Below are positions 1-8,459 of a stretch of DNA of 64,000 bases, piece after piece. The stretch comes from Candidatus Obscuribacterales bacterium (GTDB lineage: Bacteria; Cyanobacteriota; Vampirovibrionia; Obscuribacterales; Obscuribacteraceae), in the NCBI GenBank assembly GCA_965228855.1, contig CBDDIJ010000003.1, forward strand, positions 736,001 to 800,000, written 5' to 3'. The position numbers and the translations under genes were made by a program. Under the pieces are notes generated by a model. It was not told the origin of the DNA, ran no database searches, and saw only the letters and a list, made by a program, of their open reading frames with translations. The first letter of the stretch is position 1. Every line of letters begins with the position of its first letter.

Positions 1-1
1 C

Positions 2-85
2 CCGACAAAAACTGTAGGCGACGACACAGATGGCGACCCTGTTGATTCGGCTGAATCTGTCGAGCCCTCTTCTCCGTCTGCGTAA
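2..85 (+). CDS. Possible 3' end of a gene entering from the left edge
   Basis: Frame 2 is open from the window edge (PTKTVGDDTDGDPVDSAESVEPSSPSA*) to TAA at 83-85; acidic low-complexity tail. Confidence 0.35.
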   Translation, partial: PTKTVGDDTDGDPVDSAESVEPSSPSA

Positions 86-231
86 TTACACCATGGTTTT
101 GAGGGTTTAGTCACAAATTCGTGATATCCCGTCGCCTATAGTGATAGCAGGTTTACAACGCAAATGACCAGGGTCTGGACTGCCGGAGTGTTCCAGCAGC
201 TTCTGCATGTCGATTTTATTGAGGCAAGACA

Positions 232-1425
232 ATGTCAAAAGAGAACTTTTTTGAATCCAAAGCTCATGGCGGATTGAATTCTGCCGACTCTATCATGACG
301 GCACATGCTCTGAGGAGTTCGGAAGACGGTGATTGGCAGTCGAGAGCTCTCAGTGGCTTTCTAGATAGCGCAAAGGAAGCCTGGAGCAATAAAGAGGATA
401 CTGCGACGACAGTCGCGTCAGGACTGGCTATTGGTGCTGCAATCCAGACGGGACTCAATAACGCTGAGCATGTCGGCGGCAAAGTCGGTGCTGCCGCAAA
501 GATTGGCAAGGCGTTGTTTGTCGGTGTTCCTCTGGCTATGTCCGCCGTTCGAATAACTGGAGCTGATGACTCAGCTCGCGAGGCTGGTCGGATGGTTTTT
601 GAAACAGGATTGTTCCTCGGGGCAGGCAAGTTGGGATCGATGGCAGATCGGGTGCCAGTCCTCGGTAAGCCGCTGGGACCGCGTCCCGTATCTCAAGTCC
701 CTGAGAAGTTAAACTATCAAGTCTTCGGAAAGGAGGTCAAGATAGACAATTTGTCCGGATCGTATAGTCCAGTGCAGGTTCGTCTTTCCAATGGAATGGG
801 TTTTATCACTAGTGGAGCGCGTCAGGAAACGTCGAGTCTGATTCACATGCCTCGGGAAGTACAGGGCGTCGGCAAGTTTGCTTACGATTCACGAAGCACC
901 ACACTGACAAATTCACATGGTTCTTTCACGAGGAGTCACGTAGATAAATCAACAAGCGTTGTCACCAAAAGTGGTGACACCGTAAGTACGACCGACGGAA
1001 AAGTATATACTGTGCGCAGGACTGAGTCCGGCAACGAGCTATCGGTTTTTCCTGATGGAACCAGATCCGTACTGGAGGGTTCGTATCAGTCAGGTCGCCT
1101 CTGGTCATTCAGAGAGGACGGCTCAATCGCTATGAGGAGTCTTCCATCAGGGAAGTATCGGTTGAACCTTGATCCTTCCGGTGATGGCATATATCACTTC
1201 ACTCATGGTACCAGTCGTGGTATCGCAGGTAGGGTCGGACCAAGGTCAAACTACTCGCCTCTCAAGATTGACGATACGAAAGTGTCTCTCAATCCTCCTG
1301 CGGATGGTACGAGAAAAGCTGTTCCCTTCATGATTCCCGACGCCAATCCGCTGCCTGTCAATGTGGTCAAACCATTATTTGAATCAAGACAAATTCTAGA
1401 TTTATTGGCTATCCAGCCGAAGTAG
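232..1425 (+). CDS. Hypothetical protein with Gly/Ala-rich hydrophobic helices and a beta-rich C-terminal half
   Basis: 397-aa ORF, GAGG RBS upstream; hydrophobic segments VASGLAIGAAI, ALFVGVPLAMSAV, FETGLFLGAG; no recognised family. Confidence 0.75.
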   Translation: MSKENFFESKAHGGLNSADSIMTAHALRSSEDGDWQSRALSGFLDSAKEAWSNKEDTATTVASGLAIGAAIQTGLNNAEHVGGKVGAAAKIGKALFVGVPLAMSAVRITGADDSAREAGRMVFETGLFLGAGKLGSMADRVPVLGKPLGPRPVSQVPEKLNYQVFGKEVKIDNLSGSYSPVQVRLSNGMGFITSGARQETSSLIHMPREVQGVGKFAYDSRSTTLTNSHGSFTRSHVDKSTSVVTKSGDTVSTTDGKVYTVRRTESGNELSVFPDGTRSVLEGSYQSGRLWSFREDGSIAMRSLPSGKYRLNLDPSGDGIYHFTHGTSRGIAGRVGPRSNYSPLKIDDTKVSLNPPADGTRKAVPFMIPDANPLPVNVVKPLFESRQILDLLAIQPK

Positions 1426-1437
1426 TTGTGAGAACTT

Positions 1438-3681
1438 CTACCAGCGAAAGCTTCGAGCAGCAAACCAGTTATGCCCAGGTAACGGTACAGGAACCATCTG
1501 CTGGGAAAACTCTGAGGCTGCTTTGTGCGTGTCGAAAATGACAATGATCTCCTTATTAGCAAGTGTCACCGGTGGCGATGGCAAAGGAGAAGACCATCGG
1601 AGTGCTTCGCCGCTTATACTTTCGAGTAATTTGATTTCATGCTCTTGAGTAGACAATGAATTGTATAGCGGTGCATTTCTTTCGATAGAGTTGATTGTGA
1701 TCTGACCATCTGAGGTTACTTTGAGACGGACGAGCGTGTGTTCATCCGATTCTTCGACTGGACAATACCAATTTGTTCGAATTCTTTGCTGTATCTCGTT
1801 TAAATATCCTTTTTCGGTAAACTGGAGAGTTCCCACGAGTTCAGGTTTCGGGTAGCGATCTTTATTCAGTAGTTTCTCGTACGTTTCTAACTCATTCGTG
1901 CGTCCACTAGCAACTAGTGCTTGGCGATATAACTGACGGGACAGTCCCTGATAGTATCGCTGAGAATCATGACTGAGTTGCGTTCCTCGTCGCACTATAT
2001 ACGGTGAATCGGGATCTGTGGGTGCAAATCGTGAATTTACATAATGGTCAACTCGGCCAAAGGTCTCAAACAGCCTTTCGAGGACCTGATCATCGGTAAA
2101 ATTACGATCGTCCGGAACTGCGACTGCTTTCTCTTCCTCCCAAAAACGCGGCGGTGGAAACTGCGCTTTCGAGTCTAGCGATAAGATGGCTGAATTCTTC
2201 AGAGGTTTTAAAGCATCGATTGGTCGATTCATCTTCATCAAAAATAGACCATAGAGAGCTGAAGATTCGATTGAGTGAAACTTATCATCGTATGCGCGCA
2301 AAAATGTTTCATCTTCAGGATTAGATCTACTTTCGACGCACAGGGCTGCGACATTATAGGATGCCTGCCGCTCGTCTTCTGAATGATTTGCGTCCGAACC
2401 ATATGTTAATGCCGCTAACTTGAATTGTTCTTTGGCGGAGCGTAGATCTCCGTCAGCGTACGCGAGGCAACCCAAGTTATATCGAGTGTTTGCCACTTCA
2501 ATTTTTTTATCGAGTTCCTCATACTTGCCCAGGGCCTTTTCAAAACAATCTTTGGCGCTATGCAGAGATTCTGAATCGTACGCGGCGATACCATTGTTGT
2601 AGTCAACGTTCGCTGAATAAAACTTATGTTTTCCATCAGGTTCGAAGAGAAAGACTTTTGGCGTATTCTTCTCGGCAGTCTCGGACGGCGTTTCAAGCTC
2701 GGTAGGGAAATTCTCTAAATGATTGATATTATCGAAGTGACATGCTGCTACTGCCCTGATATCACCGGAGTTGAAGAATGACGCTTCTTCTTTTAGTTCA
2801 TGGGAGTACCATTCCTTCTCTTCCTTTGTGGATGCGTTTAGAGCAAGTCGAGCTAAGGCAGACCACCTCTCTTTTCTTGTACTTACTGCGCTGAGTTCCG
2901 TTATAAGTTCTGAAGGGATGTTTCTAGTATTTTCTTGAGCCAGACGAAACAGCGCCGCTGTTTCTTCAATGCATTTGGCTCTGTGATAATGCCGGGCAAG
3001 TTGTAAGGACGCTTTCAGGGCGAGATAGTGCCGCTCGTTTTTGTACTCGCTTCCCGCCGAGTCTTTCTGAAATCCCTGCCGGCTTGCAACCGAGACAACT
3101 GCCTTCTCCAACGCCTGGCGAGCTTCATGGTCAAGCGCGTCCCGCGCCTGCTCCGGCAAGTCGTCCAGAGCGTCGCTGCACGACCACATCTGCGATTCCT
3201 CGTCTCTTATGAATGCGCCATCATGATGGCGTTCCTCGTCCTGCTTTTCTGCCTCGCACCGTTTGCGGTGGCAGTCGTTTCGAAGCGTACTCAATGGTTG
3301 AATGGCGTTTTGAAATTCACCAACCGCGACGTACGATAATCCTAATCCGAGCAGACTTCTGGGATCTCTGGCTCTTTGCGCGAGAGCTCGTCGAAAAGCT
3401 TGAATTGCTTTCCGATAGTCTCCTGTTCTGTAAAATCTTTCACCGTCTTCTCTGTCACTTGAAACTTCCGCCCCCAATCCCGCGCCGCCGCAGCCCATGG
3501 GAATTGCTTGACTCGAGCGGTTTACGATAATTATTGGTACCGAGCCGGCATTTGATGAGACATCTGAAGGGGTTGCAATTTCATAATTTTTCGTCGCTTT
3601 GAAATCTGAGCGGTTAACCAGCATAAGCGACAGACACGCCGCCGTGAGAGCGGTCGCTACCAAGAAACCGTTAGGCTGCAT
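1438..3681 (-). CDS. Membrane-anchored TPR protein with a C-terminal TonB/TolA C-terminal-like domain
   Basis: N-terminal hydrophobic anchor; TPR motifs (GDYRKAIQAFRRAL, ANTRYNLGCLAYADGDLRSAKEQFKLA); C-terminal YLNEIQQRIRTNW...VRLKVTSDGQI...SSPLPSPP resembles TonB_2. Confidence 0.75.
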   Translation of the reverse strand: MQPNGFLVATALTAACLSLMLVNRSDFKATKNYEIATPSDVSSNAGSVPIIIVNRSSQAIPMGCGGAGLGAEVSSDREDGERFYRTGDYRKAIQAFRRALAQRARDPRSLLGLGLSYVAVGEFQNAIQPLSTLRNDCHRKRCEAEKQDEERHHDGAFIRDEESQMWSCSDALDDLPEQARDALDHEARQALEKAVVSVASRQGFQKDSAGSEYKNERHYLALKASLQLARHYHRAKCIEETAALFRLAQENTRNIPSELITELSAVSTRKERWSALARLALNASTKEEKEWYSHELKEEASFFNSGDIRAVAACHFDNINHLENFPTELETPSETAEKNTPKVFLFEPDGKHKFYSANVDYNNGIAAYDSESLHSAKDCFEKALGKYEELDKKIEVANTRYNLGCLAYADGDLRSAKEQFKLAALTYGSDANHSEDERQASYNVAALCVESRSNPEDETFLRAYDDKFHSIESSALYGLFLMKMNRPIDALKPLKNSAILSLDSKAQFPPPRFWEEEKAVAVPDDRNFTDDQVLERLFETFGRVDHYVNSRFAPTDPDSPYIVRRGTQLSHDSQRYYQGLSRQLYRQALVASGRTNELETYEKLLNKDRYPKPELVGTLQFTEKGYLNEIQQRIRTNWYCPVEESDEHTLVRLKVTSDGQITINSIERNAPLYNSLSTQEHEIKLLESISGEALRWSSPLPSPPVTLANKEIIVIFDTHKAASEFSQQMVPVPLPGHNWFAARSFRW

Positions 3682-3848
3682 CGACGGATTTACCTCGCAT
3701 CAAGTACGGCACCTGGAAGATTCGGTGAGCGCGTTGACGCGCTGATTTGAATGAATAGTAAAACGCCCGAGCCAAGTCGAGAATCATGTCCAGTACGTCT
3801 CCATCATCAAGGAGAACAGATTGGAGATACATGGGAAAAACCCTGAAA

Positions 3849-5282
3849 TTATTTCTGATTCGACATTTGTTTGCTATGTCGTTTCGCCTGGCGCTTATAA
3901 ACACTGACGTAAGAAGAGCTCTGGAAATCATTCTCGTAGATTTCCATAATTTCGGTGATCTCCTCGCGCCGTCGCTTGGCTCTCGAATTTATGGACACTG
4001 CCCTTTCCATCGACCGGGTCGCCGCCGACTTATCTCCTGCGACGTCCTGGGCAATCGAAAGCAAAATCCAACCATCGACAAACTTTGGATTAATGGAGAT
4101 GACTTTATGGAGCAGTTCTTCTGCTCTGTCCGGCTTGTCATCCAGAAGATAAAACTGCGCGAGAGTGATATACGGACATTCGAAGCTCGGGTACTTTTCA
4201 ATGCACTCCTTCGCCTGCACAACACACGTTTTGTAAGCTGCGGCAACGAGAAGATCGTGTGCTTCATTATTCAGTTTGCGTGCTTCGAAGGGAACGAAAT
4301 CTTTTGGAAGCAAGGTCTCTATATCTTGAGTAGCTTGCTCTTGAACCCGGCGTTCACCGCGCTCCTTTGCCAATGTCAAAAGCATTCTACTGCGATTGGG
4401 GCGACCCATGAGCCGATCCGTCGTACCGAGTTTCAGGTACTGCTCTGGGGCAAGGGATTCCGGAAGTCTTTCGTAAATGTTTTCATCACGCTCGATCGTA
4501 AACTTCAGTTCCTTTCCATTTCTAGAGACGCTAATCGCAACCTCTGTTCCGGGAGAACCAGATAATCGCTTCGCAATACTCTCTGTTGATTCCCCCTTCA
4601 CAGCGACGCCGTCTATCATGAGAATCTCGTCACCAATTGCGATGCCGGTAATTGAAGCGGGCGTAAATCTTTTCACGTCGGTGATTTTGCATCCACTGGT
4701 GACCAGCCCGGTTGCTCCGACGACATCCGCCGGCGGTCGCTGTGTGAGTTCGACTTCAACAGCGTTAGAAGATGTGATGGCAGACTGAATCGAAGCTTTC
4801 TCGGCTTTCTTTTCATTCAACATCAGAAAAGTAATGGATGTGATCGTAATTACAGCGACCAACAAAGCGATGACTGAGGTGATTTTGAAAACAGTCCTAT
4901 CCCGTTTTTCATCTCTCGGCTCGAACTCCTTTTGCATTACCGCCTGGAGATCGAGCAGCGCTTTCTTGTCATCCGCAGGCTCAGCGAGTTTTCTCGCCAC
5001 CACCGAATGTGGTGCAGAAGGAGGCGCAGAAGTAAGAACTATCTGAGGAAAGTCGCATCGGCACGAGTTCTCCTTAAATATCCACTGAGTCATCGAACCT
5101 GCTCGCTTCGTCTCTACTTTCTTACCGCAACTCTGGCACCATTCGATCGCTTCTTGCTCAGTCGTGGAAGATTGTATTAAAGCGTCACACTGGCAAAGTG
5201 AGACCCATTGAGTAATGGTGGCACCCTTGGTGCCAGTTTTAGGCTTGCCGCACTTTACACATGTTTCGGAAGTTTGGTCCAT
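3849..5282 (-). CDS. Bitopic membrane protein: tandem Cys-rich repeats, TM helix, PDZ domain, TPRs
   Basis: Two CxxCGK...TQW...CxCD repeats; [24 protein letters not shown]-like [19 protein letters not shown]...[18 protein letters not shown]-like C-terminus. Confidence 0.8.
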   Translation of the reverse strand: MDQTSETCVKCGKPKTGTKGATITQWVSLCQCDALIQSSTTEQEAIEWCQSCGKKVETKRAGSMTQWIFKENSCRCDFPQIVLTSAPPSAPHSVVARKLAEPADDKKALLDLQAVMQKEFEPRDEKRDRTVFKITSVIALLVAVITITSITFLMLNEKKAEKASIQSAITSSNAVEVELTQRPPADVVGATGLVTSGCKITDVKRFTPASITGIAIGDEILMIDGVAVKGESTESIAKRLSGSPGTEVAISVSRNGKELKFTIERDENIYERLPESLAPEQYLKLGTTDRLMGRPNRSRMLLTLAKERGERRVQEQATQDIETLLPKDFVPFEARKLNNEAHDLLVAAAYKTCVVQAKECIEKYPSFECPYITLAQFYLLDDKPDRAEELLHKVISINPKFVDGWILLSIAQDVAGDKSAATRSMERAVSINSRAKRRREEITEIMEIYENDFQSSSYVSVYKRQAKRHSKQMSNQK

Positions 5283-5322
5283 CGCCGTTTTATGTTTCTA
5301 ATTCGCCACGACAATTTGGCGG

Positions 5323-6117
5323 CTATTTATCAGGTCTTTCAATCAGAAGGTCAGCCATTACTTTTCGATCGTATTTGAAGGGATAAGCGGATATTCTCAT
5401 ATAACCCTTGTAGGGATTGCTGAAGAGCGCCACAAGCAAAACGTTTAACGAAAGTGCGAGCGCAACTAGAGCCGTCATGAAGACCTGCGCTTTAGCGTCT
5501 TCTACTTCGAACATGTAGGTAAACAGAACGGTCAGAGAGCCGCCCGCAATTAAAACACCCCACATAATCTCAGGAAGCCCAGCTTTAGCTTTTTGAATGC
5601 GAAACCTTCTGCCGTCCGACAAGTCTTGCATCTCGTCTAAAATGTTTTGATAGGAATTCTGTTCTCGCCCGGTTTGTGGCTCAAAATCGACGATAGTCCA
5701 CCAGATTTGCCGAAACTCATGGCGAGCCGACTCCGCGAAGCTACCGTCATCGGTGGCTGCTTCCCACTCATCTTCGTCGACTAGACGCATGTATTCCTGC
5801 AGGTGACCGTGCAGCTTTTTTCGTGTGTCTACTGGCATTGTGTATGCCAGGTGAAACAGATCGAGGCACGAGTCCGCCTCTTGTTGCGTCATCTCTTTAG
5901 CCTGCTGATATTTCGCCTGCGTGTCTACGACAATGAGACCGAGTAAAACCGAATACAAAGTCCCGACAATTGATAAGAGATAGCCGGCTACCTCATGATT
6001 ACTTTTCAAGCGACCCTGTGTGACGCTGTTGCGAACCAGCAAAACGCCGAGCGAAGCAAAGAGAACCGCGCCGCCGACCACGGCTATTCCGAACAACCAA
6101 GCATCAATCATGACCAA
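5323..6117 (-). CDS. DUF4239 / bestrophin-like membrane protein
   Basis: Four TM helices; SIVGTLYSVLLGL, DEW, RRFRI...LPEIMWGVLIAG and LFSNPYKG motifs typical of DUF4239. Confidence 0.75.
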   Translation of the reverse strand: MVMIDAWLFGIAVVGGAVLFASLGVLLVRNSVTQGRLKSNHEVAGYLLSIVGTLYSVLLGLIVVDTQAKYQQAKEMTQQEADSCLDLFHLAYTMPVDTRKKLHGHLQEYMRLVDEDEWEAATDDGSFAESARHEFRQIWWTIVDFEPQTGREQNSYQNILDEMQDLSDGRRFRIQKAKAGLPEIMWGVLIAGGSLTVLFTYMFEVEDAKAQVFMTALVALALSLNVLLVALFSNPYKGYMRISAYPFKYDRKVMADLLIERPDK

Positions 6118-6253
6118 CTCCGAATCGGATATCTAATCCTATGGCATTCCGTCTCATCCGTCAAAGAGGTCGAGGGTTTAAACGACCACTCGTTTCCGAG
6201 GCAGGTCGGAAACGAGTGATGTTTTCAGAGTTGCTCTTTGCTCTGTCGTTTAT

Positions 6254-7363
6254 CTAGTTCTTCTTGCGTTCTCTTCGTTTGTTTTCGTCATCATCGCGAT
6301 TTTGCTCGCGGCGTTGCTGTGCAGCATCGCGTTTTTGCTGAGCTTCGTTGCGGCGATGTTCAGCTTCCCTGCGTTGATCGTTGGAACTGTCGTGTCGCTG
6401 GGGCTGAGCGTCTGTGCGCTGCTGTGATTCGCTACGTTGTTGGGGGCGTTGCTGTTCGCTCCTCGGTGATTCGCGCCTTTGTTGTTGCGGCTGCTGCGGT
6501 GCCTCGTTGTTTATGCGCGTTCTACTCTTATCGATGTTCGTTGTTTCGTTTCGGTTGTTCGTTGTGTTATTGATTATCGTCGTGTTGTTGATTTGATTGA
6601 TGATTGTTTGATTCGTAGGACGTTTTGGCGACCAGTCGTTGTCGCCTCGGCTGCGATAATAGTCGCGAGTTTTGTTTATCTCAATATCCAGCCTGAAACC
6701 TGGCGGTGCGTTTTGCGGACGCCAGTCATTATCTGGACACCAGCGTGGGTCGTGCCTGCGAACTCTTTCTCTACCGATTTCGATTTCGAGATTGAACGAG
6801 AAGCCCGGATTGTTTCTCTCACCGATTACAACCGGTGGTGGTGGCGGTGGTGCCTCGACAACCACCACTTGTTGTGGTGGCAAAGCCTGAACCTCCGGTC
6901 CGATATGATTGTCCACTCTGGCAACGACGTCGCGTTTCTCCCATTCTTGTCCCGTTTGCGGGCTTCGGTATCTGGTTGCCATGTCGACCTCAACCGCAGT
7001 CGGACGGCCTAGCACATCACCATTCTGGTAAATGGGATTGAACTCGAGATGTGTCGGAGCACCTGTTGCTTTGTTCATCGCTCGAACTTCCCCAGCCAGA
7101 CCCATAAATTGCTCGTGGCTGAGAAAAATGTTTGCGTCTTCTCTCAAGCGACAGAGAGCATCGTCGTGTCTTCCCTGGCGCATCAAGTCATTGATTTGGA
7201 TAGCCTCACTTGTCGATACTTGTTGAACAACGGCGTTATAGTCGGCTCTCCCCATCGTGTTTGCATCAAAAGCGAGCAATTGTCGCGCCTGATTGCCACC
7301 ATCTCCAGTGTGCATCACGTTATTAATCAACGTTGCAGCCTGGTCAATTCGATCGTCACTCAT
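6254..7363 (-). CDS. Hypothetical protein with poly-Pro linker and Asn/Gln/Arg-rich disordered C-terminus
   Basis: 369-aa ORF with AGGAG RBS; poly-P tract, two PGF...IEI...DNDWxP repeats, QQR-rich tail. Confidence 0.75.
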   Translation of the reverse strand: MSDDRIDQAATLINNVMHTGDGGNQARQLLAFDANTMGRADYNAVVQQVSTSEAIQINDLMRQGRHDDALCRLREDANIFLSHEQFMGLAGEVRAMNKATGAPTHLEFNPIYQNGDVLGRPTAVEVDMATRYRSPQTGQEWEKRDVVARVDNHIGPEVQALPPQQVVVVEAPPPPPPVVIGERNNPGFSFNLEIEIGRERVRRHDPRWCPDNDWRPQNAPPGFRLDIEINKTRDYYRSRGDNDWSPKRPTNQTIINQINNTTIINNTTNNRNETTNIDKSRTRINNEAPQQPQQQRRESPRSEQQRPQQRSESQQRTDAQPQRHDSSNDQRREAEHRRNEAQQKRDAAQQRREQNRDDDENKRRERKKN

Positions 7364-7436
7364 TGAGCATTTCTCCTAAAACAAAGGCGCGCGAGGTGCG
7401 CGGGCAGCGGTTTTCATGGATTTAATGCTATTTTTG

Positions 7437-7458
7437 AATTGTGACTCACTTGTGACAA
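7437..7458 (-). promoter_or_regulatory. GTCACAA direct repeat with 11-bp period, possible OmpR/PhoB-type binding site
   Basis: Minus strand reads TTGTCACAAGTGAGTCACAATT, ~75 nt upstream of the 6254-7363 start. Confidence 0.3.
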
Positions 7459-7496
7459 GTTTTGCGAAAGTCTGCGTATTTCACGCACAATAAATA

Positions 7497-7522
7497 AGAC
7501 AGGGAGGAAGTCCTCCCTGTCT
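7497..7522 (-). terminator. Intrinsic terminator downstream of the pilin-like gene
   Basis: Perfect inverted repeat AGACAGGGAGG-N4-CCTCCCTGTCT followed by TATTTATT on the minus strand. Confidence 0.7.
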
Positions 7523-7626
7523 AAACCACTTGCAAGCTGTGCTTGAAACTTACCGTGATGTTTTATTCCGATTATTGTTGGCTGTTCGATTCTGAATCGT
7601 GCGATCCACAGGAACTGAAGTTGAGT

Positions 7627-8145
7627 TTAGCTGAACAAGTTGGCGTCGCGTGCTGATGCAACCAGCCAGTTGATGCAACCTGGTGTTGCCAGTCCGCCAG
7701 TCACACCGGCAGCTCCGAAGAGCACTTTCTTCATAGCGTCTTGAGAGCCGGCAGCCATGTGCATGAAGCCCATGATCATCGTGGGACCGCCCCAGGCAAT
7801 ACCGAGGATCTCCATTCCGTTTGCGATGATGTTGAGCAACGCTTCTAAGTTGGCCAGGTTATTGACGCGAACCGTTCCGGCTGTGTTCACACCCATGATG
7901 GAGGTGGCATCACCGCCTTGTGGCCCGATAGTACCGTTGGTTGCGCCTTGGAGTATCGGTGACGCGCCGGCGTTGATTTGTTGTGTCTGAGCGCCCGTGT
8001 TGTAGTAGGTGTTGTTGCCGCCCTGGACTTCGCCCATTGTGGACTGCGAAGAGAACGCATCACCGTACGATTGTGCGTGTGCTGGTGCGCATGTGATACC
8101 AGCGAGGAGAGCGGTTGCAACTAGTAATTTTGTGAGGCTACGCAT
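7627..8145 (-). CDS. Secreted TrbC/VirB2-like (conjugative pilin-type) small membrane protein
   Basis: Signal peptide ending APAHA-Q; Gly/Gln/Asn-rich linker; two hydrophobic helices (ILGIAWGGPTMIMGFMHM; VLFGAAGVTGGLATPGCINWL) separated by a short loop ending DAMKK, as in VirB2/TrbC pilins. Confidence 0.55.
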   Translation of the reverse strand: MRSLTKLLVATALLAGITCAPAHAQSYGDAFSSQSTMGEVQGGNNTYYNTGAQTQQINAGASPILQGATNGTIGPQGGDATSIMGVNTAGTVRVNNLANLEALLNIIANGMEILGIAWGGPTMIMGFMHMAAGSQDAMKKVLFGAAGVTGGLATPGCINWLVASARDANLFS

Positions 8146-8249
8146 GGTTAAAATACTCCACTATTAGAAGAGGTGTAGGTGGAAAGAAAAGAAACGACTT
8201 AGTAAGTTGCCCTGAGTGTATGCTTTTGGTATTTTGCTTGTCAAGCGAA

Positions 8250-8423
8250 TGTGATCAACTCAAGCGTGAAGTTTGGCTATTCATGCGGATCACACTTGTG
8301 ATCGTTTCATGACATTTTTGGACCCTGGTTTGGAACGTCAGCTTGCGTGACTGTTTTCAGGTTTTCACCCTGATGTTTTTCTAACTCATGAAACCGTTCG
8401 ATCACAATTGTGTTGTGATCGAA
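8250..8423. promoter_or_regulatory. Cluster of TGTGATC/GATCACA half-sites upstream of the pilin-like gene
   Basis: TGTGATC at 8250-8256; GATCACA-CT-TGTGATC at 8288-8303; TTCGATCACAA-N5-TTGTGATCGAA at 8397-8423. Confidence 0.45.
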
Positions 8424-8459
8424 TACCTGAAGAAACAACATTTATATGACTGCGTGCTG

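Noticed and set aside
3786..4565. 259-aa + strand ORF
   Set aside because: Almost entirely antisense to the motif-supported PDZ/TPR gene, with no recognisable motifs
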